NCBI GenBank assembly: GCA_963677495.2
Contig: CAXXOU010000004.1
Location: 1,056,001-1,120,000, forward strand
From: Candidatus Cloacimonadales bacterium
GTDB lineage: Bacteria; Cloacimonadota; Cloacimonadia; Cloacimonadales; JAFGVF01
DNA length: 64,000 nt
Direction: 5' to 3'
Shown: positions 31,777 through 42,904 of the stretch, in pieces
How positions within the stretch are numbered: the first letter of the stretch is position 1
Layout of the letters: each line of letters opens with the position of its first letter
Made by a program: the position numbers and the translations under genes
Notes under the pieces: model-generated
What the model was told of the DNA's origin: nothing
Seen by the model: the letters and a program-made list of their open reading frames with translations, nothing else
Databases searched by the model: none

Positions 31777-32253
31777 ATGAAAACAATACTATCGATATTC
31801 ATGCTGGGAATCTTATCACTCTCAGTGCTTTCAGCCAAAGAGACAAAGACAATCGAGATATTCTTTAAGAATAAACCACCATCAATCAAAACACTTTCTA
31901 AAGTGCTCCCAATGGTTAACAAATACAGTAAAGAGTACAAGATTTATCTAAATGAGATATACAGTCCTGAATCAGCTGACATCATCAAAGCCTATGGTTT
32001 ACCTACAACCCACTTCCCATTTGCAGTTGTTATTAATGGTAAATTCACTGCCAAGATTGATGGTAAAGAGATTGGATTTGTGCACTTCCCAAAATTCATG
32101 AATGGAATTGGTAGACATGAAGGCAACTGGTCACTGGAGATGCTTGAAGCAGCAATTAAGAATCCTAAACTTCTTGCAAATGAGAATAAGTTACCTGCAA
32201 TTGAAGAGCACGATGATCATGATGGAAATGAGCATGGCGGTTGCGAAGAGTAG
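31777..32253 (+). CDS. Hypothetical exported protein (thioredoxin-like?) with His/acid-rich tail
   Basis: Signal peptide; HFPFAVVING; C-terminal EEHDDHDGNEHGGCEE. Confidence 0.7.
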   Translation: MKTILSIFMLGILSLSVLSAKETKTIEIFFKNKPPSIKTLSKVLPMVNKYSKEYKIYLNEIYSPESADIIKAYGLPTTHFPFAVVINGKFTAKIDGKEIGFVHFPKFMNGIGRHEGNWSLEMLEAAIKNPKLLANENKLPAIEEHDDHDGNEHGGCEE

Positions 32254-32262
32254 GTAATAGAT

Positions 32263-33000
32263 ATGAAAAGAGTCCTTCTCATACTTAAACTCACAGGTGC
32301 TGTTCTACTTGGTTTTATTACATGGTTCATTGTAGCAATTCTCAAAGAGATGCGTTTGATGAAACGTTCTGTCTCTGAAACAGAGAAAGTGACTGATGAT
32401 GTTTTTGTTGTAAAGGACAGGTTTGTGAACCTGTTCCTGATTAAAAGCGATGAAGGTTATATCGCTATTGATTGCTGTCAGGATGAAGGGAACGTTACCA
32501 AGCAGCTAAACAGCCTGTATGTTAATCCCAAAGATGTTAAGCATATCTTCCTCACTCATTCTGATTATGACCATACAGGTGCAATAGACCTCTTCCCTAC
32601 TGCTGAGGTTCATATCTCCAAGAAGGAGCATTTATTCCTTAAAGGTGGTAAACGTACTTTTGGCTTTATCAAACTCGGTAAACCGAATGAACTCAATCGT
32701 GATTATAAGACCTTTGAGTCCGGTCAGATCTTTGAGATTGGTGAGAAGAGAGTTGAATGCATAGTAACACCGGGACATACATCCGGAAGTGCAAGCTTTA
32801 TAGTAGATGACAAGTACATCTTCACAGGTGATACTGTTTCCATCAGAGATAGTAAAATCACTGCCTTCTCTCGCTTAATATCAATGGATAATAAAGAGAA
32901 CCTGAAGTCAGTGGATACGATTAAGCAACTCATCAAAGCACGTGGGATCGAGTATGTGTTTACTGCTCATCATGGGTATAAGAAGATGCATAGAGATTAG
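32263..33000 (+). CDS. MBL-fold metallo-hydrolase
   Basis: THSDYDHTG, TPGHT, FTGD, AHHG. Confidence 0.9.
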   Translation: MKRVLLILKLTGAVLLGFITWFIVAILKEMRLMKRSVSETEKVTDDVFVVKDRFVNLFLIKSDEGYIAIDCCQDEGNVTKQLNSLYVNPKDVKHIFLTHSDYDHTGAIDLFPTAEVHISKKEHLFLKGGKRTFGFIKLGKPNELNRDYKTFESGQIFEIGEKRVECIVTPGHTSGSASFIVDDKYIFTGDTVSIRDSKITAFSRLISMDNKENLKSVDTIKQLIKARGIEYVFTAHHGYKKMHRD

Positions 33001-33390
33001 TAGCCACTGATTTCTCTGATTAATCAGATGATGTGTACTCCGAAGTACACGTCGAACTATTTGTAGGGGCTCAACATTTTGAGCCCATTTTTTCGATTAT
33101 ATGAGTGCTATATGGACTGCATCAACTATGTAGATGCAACTGCAAGATAACCAAGGAAGAAGTGAATCGCAGCGGAGTGTGATTTGCTAATTCCGGTACT
33201 CAAAGCCCATTTCGTTCTCGCGTCATGCTATCACTACAACGCAAGTCCGAGTCAATTCCTCCGAATTGCACCATTTGCAAGGTCTTTGACCATTCCAAAG
33301 GTACAAGTCTAATTGTCAATAGCAGAAGCTCGAGTCCCCCTACTCCCAGCAGTAATTCTTGATTCCATAATAGTATTCTCTAAACAACAA

Positions 33391-33463
33391 CTTGATCATT
33401 TCTTGGCATTTAACCCAAGGATTACCCAAGTGTTTCTCAAGGGTTTCTCAAGTGTCTCTCAAG
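33391..33463. repeat. 11-bp periodic inverted array (core CTTG/CAAG)
   Basis: CTTG 33391, 33402; CAAG 33416, 33427, 33438, 33449, 33460. Confidence 0.9.
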
Positions 33464-34049
33464 AATTACAGCTGAGGACCAGAGGGAAAGTAGAATCAGT
33501 AGATGCTATTACTATCGCTTTTAATCTGCCCTCTCACTCCTCTGCATTAATTATTAAGTTAAACTAATCTCTATCCATTCTAAAACCGTATCCAAATCCT
33601 ATTATTCGATAATAACATTTCAATAGGGTTTCAATAGGTGTCTCTTACCTGAGGGGTTGATGATTGTAGCAGGACGGATGACCGGGGAAATGAAACTGAT
33701 GAAGGATTGCATTCTACCTTGCGAATGGTCCTTAGACCTTCTCAATGGTGCTCTTAGGAAGAAGTGAATCGCAGCGGAGTGCCTGAGAAGCCTTAGCTTC
33801 AGCGTAGGTTCTTGATTTGCTAATTCCCGGTACTCTAAGCCCGATTCGTTCTCGCGTCATGCTATCGCTACAACGCAAAGTCCAAGAAAATCCCTCCGAT
33901 TTGCACCATTTGCAAGGTCTATGACCATTCCAAAGGTACAGGATAAAGTGTCCTATACCTGAAGCTCGAGTCCAAGCGAAACATGTCAAAAAATTTATCG
34001 AGACTTGCAATTCACTGCCAAAAAGACACACTCCCACAGATAGATTTCA

Positions 34050-34120
34050 CGTACCTGAAAGGTAGCCCCTCCCGTAGCTACCTACGGGAGGGCTACGGAT
34101 GGGCTACGCGAGACCTACGG
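34050..34120. repeat. 11-bp periodic inverted array (core CGTAG/CTACG)
   Basis: CGTAC 34050, GGTAG 34061, CGTAG 34073; CTACG 34082, 34093, 34104, 34115. Confidence 0.9.
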
Positions 34121-34229
34121 GAGGGGATCGCAGGTTTGGTAAAGATTTGGAGGAAAAAAACATTCATTTATTGACATGGAAAGAATAAGTAATATGGGTG
34201 GCATAAACCGATTTCAAAAAGGGGTATAA

Positions 34230-36048
34230 ATGACTGAATTACATAAAACAGACATCTATAAATATACAAGAAAAAGCGAATATGATTTGGAATATCGCTG
34301 ATATTATACAAGGAACCTTCAAACCACATCAATATGGATTAGTTATTCTGCCTTTTACTGTTTTAAAGAGATTGAATGATACTCTTATGCCTACTAAGGA
34401 TAAGGTTTTAGAGAAATTTGAAGAGATAAAACATTTGGAAGTTAAAAGTGGCTTTTTAGAGAAAGCTTCCGGGTACTCTTTCTATAATACGAGTAAGTTT
34501 ACCTTTGAGAATCTGGTGAATGATTCTGAGAATATTGAAGATAATTTCAAAGACTTTCTTAACGGTTTTCTCTGAGAATGTGCAGGATATCCTAAAGAAC
34601 TTCGAGTTTATGGGGAACCATAAAGAAGTTGATTGGCTCAACAAAGCATGAGGGACAAGCTGTTCTATGTGATTCAGGAGTTTAATAAACCTCAGTCTTA
34701 TTTAGGTGCTGATAAAATCACAACTGTTTGACATGGGATATGTCTTTTGAAGAGCTTGTGCGTAAGTTCTCCGAGAGTTATGATGAGGATGCAGGGACAG
34801 CACTTCACGAGTAGAGATATTATTTATACTATGACAGACCTGCTGGTCGCTGAAGATGCCGATGCCCTTACTCAAGAGGGAGTTGTGAAGACTGTCTATG
34901 ATATGGCGATGGGGAAACAAGGTCAGATGCTTACCTGTATGGAGGAACGCTTACGACAATTGGATGCAGATGCAGAGATTACCTCCTTTGGACAGGAGAT
35001 AAACCACGAGACTTACTCTATTGCTAAGTCCGATGCGATTATTAAGGGAAGTTCTGCTGAGAACATGCGTCTGGGAGATACTCTTGCCAATGACCAGTTT
35101 TTGCAGGCTTTGAGTTTGATTATGTTATCTCTAACCCTCCCTTTGGAAGAGATTGGAAATCAGCGAAGAAAACTGTAGATACTGAACATAAGAAGGGCGA
35201 AGACGGAAGATTTGCTCCCGGACTACCAAAAAATATCAGATGGTCAGATGCTCTTTACGATGAATGGAATTAAGAAAACTGAAAGATTCCGGTAAGATGG
35301 CTATTATTCATAACGGCTCCCCTCTTTTTACAGGAGATGCAGGCTCAGGTCCTTCCGAGATTAGAAGGTACATAATAGAAAATGACTGGTTGGAAGCGAT
35401 TGTACAGCTACCTAATGATGTGTTTTATAATACAGGGATTAGTACCTATATTTGGGTAATCTCGAAAGAGAAACCGAGTCATAGAATTGGTAAGATCCAG
35501 CTAATCGATGCCTCCAAGATGTTTGAGAAACGCAGGAAAGTCGATTGGGAATAAACGAGTTGATATAAACAGTTGCTTGCAGAAAAGCGATTGTGCAAGC
35601 CTTTGGTGATTTCACTGATAAGCTCTATGAGTATGATAATGGTAAAACAGGTTGAATCACGCATCTTTGAGAATGAGGATTTTGGTTATTACAAGATTGT
35701 GGTGGAGTCTCCTGAACTTGATGAACAGGGCAATAAGGTTCTGAAAAAGGGGGAAACCGGTTTGCAGATACGAAGAAAAGAGACACTGAGAATGTGCCGA
35801 TGCAGAAGAGTCGTGATGAAAGAGAAGTGATTGAGGAATACTTCCAAAAAGAGGTTGTTCCCTTTAATCCCGATGCCTGGGTTGACTATAAGAAGACCAA
35901 GCTTGGTTATGAAATCCCCTTTAACCCGTCCACTTCTATAAGTATGTAGCTCCTGAACCATCTGAGAAGATAGCGGAACGCATCAGTGCTCTGGAAACAG
36001 AACTGATGGCATCTCTTAAAACCCTCTTCTCCGATGAGGAGGGAATAA
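34230..36048 (+). pseudogene. hsdM: Type I R-M methyltransferase HsdM, multiply frameshifted as written (probably sequencing error)
   Basis: Fragments across frames: IWNIAD..YGLVILPFTVLKR, GQHFTSRDII, SNPPFG (35130), IHNGSPLFTGDAGSG, FYNTGISTYIWV, KLGYEIPF. Confidence 0.88.
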
Positions 36049-37332
36049 TGCCTCGCAAGATGAAAGATAGCGGAATTGAATGGATTGGAGAGATTCCGGA
36101 AGGGTGGAGTGTTACCAGAAATAAAAACTCTGTTTCGTGAAAGAAAAGAGGTAACTGTAAATGGAGATGATGACTATGACCTTTTAGCAGTATCAGAGTA
36201 TTACGGAGTAGCTAGAAAAGCTGATGTAATAAAATCAGATGAATTTCTGACAAGAGCTAAGTCATTAACAGGATATAAGGTTTGTAGAATTAATGACTTT
36301 GCAATGAACATTATGTTAGCTTGGAAAAAAGCTTATGGGATAAGCTCTTATAATGGAATAGTTAGCCCATCATATGCTGTGTTTGAACCTACAATGAAAT
36401 ATTGTACCCAATACTATCACTACTTATATAGAACTACATTATATTCTGGTTTATTTAAAAGTAACTCTACTGGAATTATTGATTCAAGATTGAGATTGTA
36501 TCCAGATGTATTTCTTTCTCTTTCCTCGCATTATCCCCCTCTCCCTACCCAAACCCGAATAGCAGAATACTTAGATCGAAAGGTGGCATTGATAGATTCG
36601 ATAATTGAGAAGACAAAACAGACAATTGAGGAGTATAAGGCATATAAACAGTCACTGATAACTGAGGTTGTTACCAAAGGACTCAATAAAGATGCCAAGA
36701 TGAAGGACTCCGGGATTGAATGGATTGGGGAGATTCCGGAGGGGTGGGAAGTGAGAAGAACGAAGTACTTATCTCCTGTGTTAAGAGGAGCAAGCCCTCG
36801 ACCGATTCAGAGTGAGAAGTATTTCGATGTAAATGGAAGCTATGTCTGGACTCGTATAGCTGATGTCTCAAAGTGTACAAAATATTTTGATAAAGATTCT
36901 GAATATATGTCTGAACTAGGTGAAAGTAAATCAGTAAAATTGGAACCGGGAGAATTATTCCTTAGTATTTGTGCTACTGTAGGTAAACCAATTATTACTA
37001 AAGTCAAGTGTTGCATCCATGATGGTTTTGTGTACTTCCCTTTATTGAAACCCAAGTATGTGGATTTACTATTTTATATTTTTGAGAATGGTTCATGTTT
37101 CGGTGGACTTGGAAAAATGGGAACCCAGCTAAATCTTAATACAGAAACTGTAGGCGGTATTCATTTACCTATCCCAGAAGATAATGAACTAGGAAGAATA
37201 ATAAATCGATGTGAACGGATTAGTATTGATATCTTAGAAATTATCGAAAAGAAGATGAGATTTATCACAGAGCTTGAGAGTTATAAGAAGTCACTTATAT
37301 ATGAAGTGGTAACAGGTAAGAAAGAGGTGTAG
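36048..37332 (+). CDS. hsdS: Type I R-M specificity subunit; true start ATG 36048 with one +1 frameshift near 36120
   Basis: MKDSGIEWIGEIPEGW occurs at 36060 (different frame) and again mid-protein; two TRDs; KSLIYEVVTGK end. Confidence 0.9.
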
Positions 37333-37335
37333 GAT

Positions 37336-40335
37336 ATGAGTTTTGAGCAGACTGAAAGACGGTTTGAAGCTGATATAGAGGAGTATCTTTTAAATGAAGG
37401 TGGCTATAGAACAGCAAACAAAGATAATTATGATGCAGGGAAGGCTATCAACCTACCTGAGTTGATTAGCTTTATAAAGAAGACACAACCCAAGCAGTGG
37501 CAACGCTATGAGCTTATCTACAAAGATGAGGTTGAGAAGAAACTCTATAAACGCTTCAACGATGAGGTTAATGCACATGGTTTGTTACATGTGCTCAGAA
37601 ACGGGATAAGCGATAGAGGTGTAAAGCTTAAACTCGCCTATTTTAAACCGGAATCCGGACTGAACAGCGAACTCATAGAGAGATACAACCTGAACAGCTT
37701 AACAGTTACCAGGCAGTTTTACTATTCAACCGAGAACCAAAACAGTATTGATATGGTTTTATCCCTAAACGGGATTCCGATTGTGGCTTTGGAACTCAAG
37801 AACCAGATAACCGGGCAGTCGGTTGAGAACGGGAAATCACAATTCTGCTATGACCGAAATCCAAGGGAACTCTGCTTTAACTTTAATAAACGCTTCCTTG
37901 TCTATTTTGCTGTTGACCTTTATGATGTGGCAATGACCACAAGACTAAAAGGGAAAGAAACCTACTTTCTGCCTTTTAATCAAGGCTCGAATGGTGCGGG
38001 GAATGTTGGAGGAGCCGGGAATCCCGAGAACAAAGAGGGTTATGCAACCTCCTATCTCTGGGAGAAAGTGCTGAACAGAGATTCCCTCTTGAATATAATC
38101 CATAGGTTTATCCATCTCAGTAAAGAGAAGAAAGCTACTAAGTTAATCTTCCCTCGTTATCACCAATTGGATGTTGTAACAAAGATGATTTCAGATGTGA
38201 AAGAGAAGGGCTCTGGAGAAAGCTACCTTGTGCAACATAGTGCCGGTTCGGGTAAATCGAACTCCATTGCCTGGACCTGCTATAGACTCGCAAGTCTGCA
38301 TGACAGAAATGACAAGAATATCTTTACCTCTGTGATTGTTGTAACCGATAGAAGGGTATTGGATAGTCAGTTGCAGGAGACAATCTCCTCCTTTGACCAT
38401 AAGTTCGGACTGGTGGAGACAATTGGAGAGGGCAAAAGCTCTAAAGACCTGAGAGATGCAATAAACTCCGGGAAGAAGATAATTGTTACAACCTTACAGA
38501 AGTTTCCCGTTATCTACCAGGAGATAGATGATAATGCAGGGAAACGCTTTGCGATAATCGTGGATGAAGCACATAGCTCGCAGACAGGATCTGATGCTCA
38601 GAAGCTAAAGACTGCCCTGGCAGATAAAGAACAGGCACGTAAAGAGTACGCTGCTTTTGCTGATGATGAAGAGGACTTCGAGGATAGGATTGTGAAAGAG
38701 CTTTTGAGTCATGGAAAACATAAGAACCTCTCCTTCTTTGCTTTCACTGCTACTCCTAAACAGAAGACCTTGGAGATGTTCGGTTGTAAGATGAGTGACG
38801 GAACTTTCAGACCGTTCCATGTCTATTCTATGAAACAGGCGATTGAAGAGGGTTTTATCCTGGATGTCTTAAAGAACTACATGACCTATGAGATCTGCTA
38901 TAAAATAGCTAAGAATACTCCTGAGAACCCTGAATTGGAAGAGTCACAGACCCGGCAGGCGATAAGACGCTTTGAATCGCTACATCCTTATAATCTGCAA
39001 CAAAAGACGATGGTGATGGTGGAAAGCTTTAGAGAGAATACAGCCAAGAAGATTAGAGGGAAAGCGAAGGCGATGGTGGTTACCTCCTCTCGCTTACATG
39101 TTGTGAGATATTATAAGCAGTTTGTTGATTACATAAAATTGAAAGGTTATGACATCGGGGTGTTGGTTGCCTTTTCCGGAACTGTTAACGATAAAGGCGA
39201 AGAATACACAGAAGTCGGGATGAACAGGAAAGAAACCGGAGAGAGGATAAGTGAGAAACAACTTCCTGCTGCCTTCCATAGTGATAAATACCAAATCCTG
39301 ATTGTAGCTGATAAATATCAGACCGGGTTTGATGAGCCCCTATTGCATACTATGTTTGTTGATAAACCTCTGAAAGGTGTGAAGGCTGTGCAAACACTAT
39401 CCCGTTTGAATAGGATTGCTAAATATAAAAACGATACCTTTATCCTGGACTTTATGAATGATGCTGAGGGTATAAAGGCATCCTTCCAACCCTACTTTGA
39501 AGATACTCTATTAGATGAAGAGATAAATGTTAATCTTATCTATGATACTCTAACCATATTACACTCGATGATGCTTTATAATGAGCAGGATATTGATGCA
39601 TTTACGAAGATATACTATAAATCAGGGAAACAGTCTGCTACTGACTTGGGTAGAGTAACAAGTATGTTTAAACCTATTATCGAATCCTATAACAGATTGG
39701 ATGAAGATAACAGATTTAAGTTTAAGAAGAGTGTTCGTAACTTTGTGAAGTGGTATGCCTATATTATCCAGATTGTGAGGATGTTCGATAAAGAGCTTCA
39801 GAAAGAGTATCACTTCCTTAGCTATCTGAACAAACTCCTGCCGAATGACCCTCGAGAAAGTGTAAAGATTGATGATAAGATTAAGCTTGAGTATTACAAG
39901 CTTGAGAAGACTTTTGAGGGTGATATTGTGCTTGAAGAAGTTGAGTACGATAAGACATTAGTCAATCCGAAAACTGTAGATGCAGGCAAAAAGCAAGACC
40001 CTAAAAGTGAATTGCTAGAAGTGATAATCGAACAGGTGAATCAACGCTTTGCAGGTAAGTTTACCGAAGCTGATAGGGTGATAGTTGAAACACTTTTGGG
40101 TAAAGTCGTGTTCGGAGATGAGAAACTACGCAAAAAATGGAAAAGGCAAGCTAAAAACAATAACGCTGAGATCTTCCAGGATAGTATCTTCCCTAAGATA
40201 TTTAAAGAGATAGCAAATGAATGCTATACTGATTCTGTCGGAGCTTTTACCAAACTGTTTCAGGATAAGGATTTCTATAATGTTGTAATGGCTGAGTTAG
40301 GGAAGGAAGCTTATAGGCAGCTTAGGAATGGGTAG
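37336..40335 (+). CDS. hsdR: Type I R-M restriction subunit
   Basis: DMVLSLNGIPIVALELKN nuclease motif, HSAGSGKS, DEAH, FTATPK, TGFDEP. Confidence 0.96.
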   Translation: MSFEQTERRFEADIEEYLLNEGGYRTANKDNYDAGKAINLPELISFIKKTQPKQWQRYELIYKDEVEKKLYKRFNDEVNAHGLLHVLRNGISDRGVKLKLAYFKPESGLNSELIERYNLNSLTVTRQFYYSTENQNSIDMVLSLNGIPIVALELKNQITGQSVENGKSQFCYDRNPRELCFNFNKRFLVYFAVDLYDVAMTTRLKGKETYFLPFNQGSNGAGNVGGAGNPENKEGYATSYLWEKVLNRDSLLNIIHRFIHLSKEKKATKLIFPRYHQLDVVTKMISDVKEKGSGESYLVQHSAGSGKSNSIAWTCYRLASLHDRNDKNIFTSVIVVTDRRVLDSQLQETISSFDHKFGLVETIGEGKSSKDLRDAINSGKKIIVTTLQKFPVIYQEIDDNAGKRFAIIVDEAHSSQTGSDAQKLKTALADKEQARKEYAAFADDEEDFEDRIVKELLSHGKHKNLSFFAFTATPKQKTLEMFGCKMSDGTFRPFHVYSMKQAIEEGFILDVLKNYMTYEICYKIAKNTPENPELEESQTRQAIRRFESLHPYNLQQKTMVMVESFRENTAKKIRGKAKAMVVTSSRLHVVRYYKQFVDYIKLKGYDIGVLVAFSGTVNDKGEEYTEVGMNRKETGERISEKQLPAAFHSDKYQILIVADKYQTGFDEPLLHTMFVDKPLKGVKAVQTLSRLNRIAKYKNDTFILDFMNDAEGIKASFQPYFEDTLLDEEINVNLIYDTLTILHSMMLYNEQDIDAFTKIYYKSGKQSATDLGRVTSMFKPIIESYNRLDEDNRFKFKKSVRNFVKWYAYIIQIVRMFDKELQKEYHFLSYLNKLLPNDPRESVKIDDKIKLEYYKLEKTFEGDIVLEEVEYDKTLVNPKTVDAGKKQDPKSELLEVIIEQVNQRFAGKFTEADRVIVETLLGKVVFGDEKLRKKWKRQAKNNNAEIFQDSIFPKIFKEIANECYTDSVGAFTKLFQDKDFYNVVMAELGKEAYRQLRNG

Positions 40336-40369
40336 AGGAAGATAAATTATAAGTGATAGGAGGTTAGAC

Positions 40370-41374
40370 ATGGAGTTGATCACAACGCCCCAAGAGATAG
40401 TTTTTTATTTAGACGAAGACGGGCAAACAAAAATTGAAGTACATTATCATGACGATACGATTTGGTTAACTCAAAAACTTATATCACAACTATTTGATAG
40501 AGAACGAAGCGTAATTACTAAACATATAAATAACATTTTCAAGACACAAGAGCTTGATCAAACTCAAGTATGTGCAAAATTTGCACATACTGCAAGTGAT
40601 GGTAAGACTTACAATTCCACATATTATTCACTTGATGTTATTATAGCAGTGGGCTATAGAGTTAACTCCAAAAAAGCTACTCGTTTTAGACAGTGGGCAA
40701 CAAAGATTCTTAAAGAGTTTATCATCAAAGGCTTTGTCCTAAACGATGAAATGCTAAAAAATGGTAGAGTTTTTGGTAAGGATTACTTTGATGAACTGTT
40801 AGAGCGAATACGCGAAATCAGAGCTTCAGAAAGAAGATTTTATCAGAAGATAACCGACCTATTTTCAACAGCAAGCTATGATTATAATAAAAATTCGGAT
40901 ATAGCTAATACTTTCTATGCAGAAGTTCAAAACAAGTTGGAATGGGCAATTACGGGATATACTGCACCGGAGCTTATTGCAAATAGAGTTGATTCATCAA
41001 AAGCAAATATGGGATTACAAACATGGAAGAATGCTCCACATGGAAAGATTTATTCTTATGACATTACTGTTGCTAAAAACTATCTAAAAGAGAATGAGAT
41101 TAGTGAGTTAAATAGGGTAGTAAACATGTTATTAGATTATGCAGAAAATGTAGCTGAAAGAAAACAACTAATGAGTATGCAGAACTGGATTGAAGAGTTA
41201 GATAGATTTCTTGAATTTAATAGATACAAGATTTTGGAAGATTGTGGCAAGATTAGTCGTGAGTTCGCTGAGAAGAAGGCAAGGCGAGAATACAAAATGT
41301 ATAAACCAATCCAAGATTCTAAATTCATTTCAGATTTTGATATGATTATTGAAAAATCTAAAGAAGATAAATAA
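40370..41374 (+). CDS. RhuM-family (virulence RhuM) DNA-binding protein
   Basis: IWLTQK, YSLDVIIAVGYRVNS..ATRFRQWAT, IREIRASERRFY. Confidence 0.9.
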   Translation: MELITTPQEIVFYLDEDGQTKIEVHYHDDTIWLTQKLISQLFDRERSVITKHINNIFKTQELDQTQVCAKFAHTASDGKTYNSTYYSLDVIIAVGYRVNSKKATRFRQWATKILKEFIIKGFVLNDEMLKNGRVFGKDYFDELLERIREIRASERRFYQKITDLFSTASYDYNKNSDIANTFYAEVQNKLEWAITGYTAPELIANRVDSSKANMGLQTWKNAPHGKIYSYDITVAKNYLKENEISELNRVVNMLLDYAENVAERKQLMSMQNWIEELDRFLEFNRYKILEDCGKISREFAEKKARREYKMYKPIQDSKFISDFDMIIEKSKEDK

Positions 41375-41509
41375 AGTGAGCAATTTAGTTAATATAATAT
41401 GTCAAGAGAAGTTACAGCGATTATTCAGTTGAGAACACATCTACACACTTATGAACATAACATATCAGAGATAGTAATGTTTGATATGTTTTGCTGTATC
41501 ATGTAACCA

Positions 41510-41603
41510 CCCCTCACCTTAATCCTCTACCCAAAGGGGCGAGGAGAATGAGCCATTTTACTAAGTACCACATGACAAACCGACTCAGTCGGTTAAATCC
41601 ATA
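41510..41603. repeat. REP-like hairpins
   Basis: CCCCTCACCTTAATCCTCTACCCAAAGGGGCGAGGAG, and GACAAACCGACTCAGTCGGTTAAATCCATA (also at 10069). Confidence 0.7.
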
Positions 41604-41683
41604 ATTTATATAACTTTTGAATTGACAAGAAGTGTGGTATATAAAAGTTTGTAGAAAATTTATAATAAAGCGGGGTGAGAAGG

Positions 41684-41890
41684 TTGCCTACAGTAAGAGC
41701 TAGAGAGAACGAATCTTTCGATATATTGCTTAAACGTTTCAAGAAAAAATGTGAACGTGCTGCTATATTGTCTGATATCAAAAAACACCAGGCTTATGAA
41801 AAGCCAAGTGTTGTCAGAAAGCGTGAACGTAATGTTGCTCGTCGTAAGATGATTAAAGCAATGCGCAAAATGAACCGGTATAATAAGTAA
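41684..41890 (+). CDS. rpsU: 30S ribosomal protein S21 (likely TTG start)
   Basis: ENESFDILLKRFKK, YEKPS. Confidence 0.95.
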   Translation: MPTVRARENESFDILLKRFKKKCERAAILSDIKKHQAYEKPSVVRKRERNVARRKMIKAMRKMNRYNK

Positions 41891-42330
41891 TGTTTAATCG
41901 AATTTCAGAAGAGATTAAAACGGCAATGAGAGCCAAGGATCAGGAGAGACTTCTGGTACTTCGCTCAATCAAAACAGCCCTGATGAATCTTAAAGTTGAG
42001 CTTATGCGTGAGCCTGAAGAGGATGAAGCTTTAGAGATAGTTTTTAGAGCAGTAAAATCACGTGAACAGGCTATTGAGCTTTATGAAAAAGCCGGTAGAA
42101 CTGAGTTGGCAGATAAAGAACGAGCTGAGATAAAGATTGTTCAAGAGTTTCTGCCAAGTATGCTCACAGCAGATGAACTGAAAGCTGAAGTTGATTTGGC
42201 ATGTGATGAATTGCAAGCAGAATCCATGAAAGACATGGGTAAGGTAATGAAATACCTTAATGAAAAACTTGGCAAAAGAGCTGATGGAAAAACCATGAGT
42301 GGCTTTGTTCGAGCAAGACTTGCAAATTAG
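41890..42330 (+). CDS. yqeY: GatB/YqeY domain protein
   Basis: AMRAKD..RL..LRSIK, KDMGKVM, ADGK. Confidence 0.92.
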   Translation: MFNRISEEIKTAMRAKDQERLLVLRSIKTALMNLKVELMREPEEDEALEIVFRAVKSREQAIELYEKAGRTELADKERAEIKIVQEFLPSMLTADELKAEVDLACDELQAESMKDMGKVMKYLNEKLGKRADGKTMSGFVRARLAN

Positions 42331-42347
42331 TGCCAATAAAATAATTC

Positions 42348-42371
42348 GGGGGAAGCAATTCCCCCTTTTTT
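42348..42371 (+). terminator. Internal terminator between yqeY and cvpA
   Basis: GGGGGAA-GCAA-TTCCCCC plus T run. Confidence 0.75.
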
Positions 42372-42385
42372 AATTTGGAGGGAAA

Positions 42386-42904
42386 ATGAAAATTCTTGAT
42401 ATTATCTTATACATCCTGATGGCAGTTATCACATTTTATGGCTGGAAGAAAGGCTTTCTGGCTTCACTACTTCAATTGGTTGGTGTTATCGCTGCATTCC
42501 TACTTGCCGGGAAATATGCACCACTGTTTCAGAATGCCCTCGTGAATAATTTTAGCATAGGTCCGGGAATCTCTATGTTCCTGGCATATCTATTAGTAAT
42601 TATTATAATACTCCTGATTATCCAAGTTATAAGATTAATACTTGAAAGTCTGGTGAAAGCTCTGAATCTGACGATAATTAACAGATTATTAGGAGCGATG
42701 TTTGCCTTTATCAATGGAGTATTGCTGTTTGTTGTACTTATTACTTTTATTGAGATCTCTCCCCTACAGGAATCATTTGTAAATGCTACTGAGAAGTCAG
42801 TGTTTATTACGGGAGTGAGAAATGTGAAGACTGAATTACTTCAGATTATCAACAAACAGGATATTAAGTTTATAAACAAAATTAATGATAAACAAAGCGT
42901 ATAA
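42386..42904 (+). CDS. cvpA: CvpA (colicin V production) family membrane protein
   Basis: LDII...GWKKGF...INRLLGAMF. Confidence 0.85.
   Translation: MKILDIILYILMAVITFYGWKKGFLASLLQLVGVIAAFLLAGKYAPLFQNALVNNFSIGPGISMFLAYLLVIIIILLIIQVIRLILESLVKALNLTIINRLLGAMFAFINGVLLFVVLITFIEISPLQESFVNATEKSVFITGVRNVKTELLQIINKQDIKFINKINDKQSV

Larger units (their letters stand above)
33030..34130. repeat. Tandem mosaic: two ~200-bp conserved units, each followed by a different 11-bp periodic array
   Basis: 33154-33337 matches 33756-33973 (AGGAAGAAGTGAATCGCAGCGGAGTG ... GAAGCTCGAGTCC); arrays at 33391-33463, 33610-33638, 34050-34120. Confidence 0.88.

Noticed and set aside
33119..34130. CRISPR array or integron attC array
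   Set aside because: Repeats are about 200 bp, there are no clear RYYYAAC/GTTRRRY-bounded sites with gene cassettes, and no integrase or cas gene is present.
34230..36048. Programmed frameshifting or phase variation of hsdM
   Set aside because: Too many shifts, in short runs, all traced ones insertions, and extending into non-coding DNA.
36057..36750. Direct repeat within hsdS as a shufflon site
   Set aside because: This is the normal duplicated conserved region of HsdS; no second hsdS, inverted repeats or invertase.
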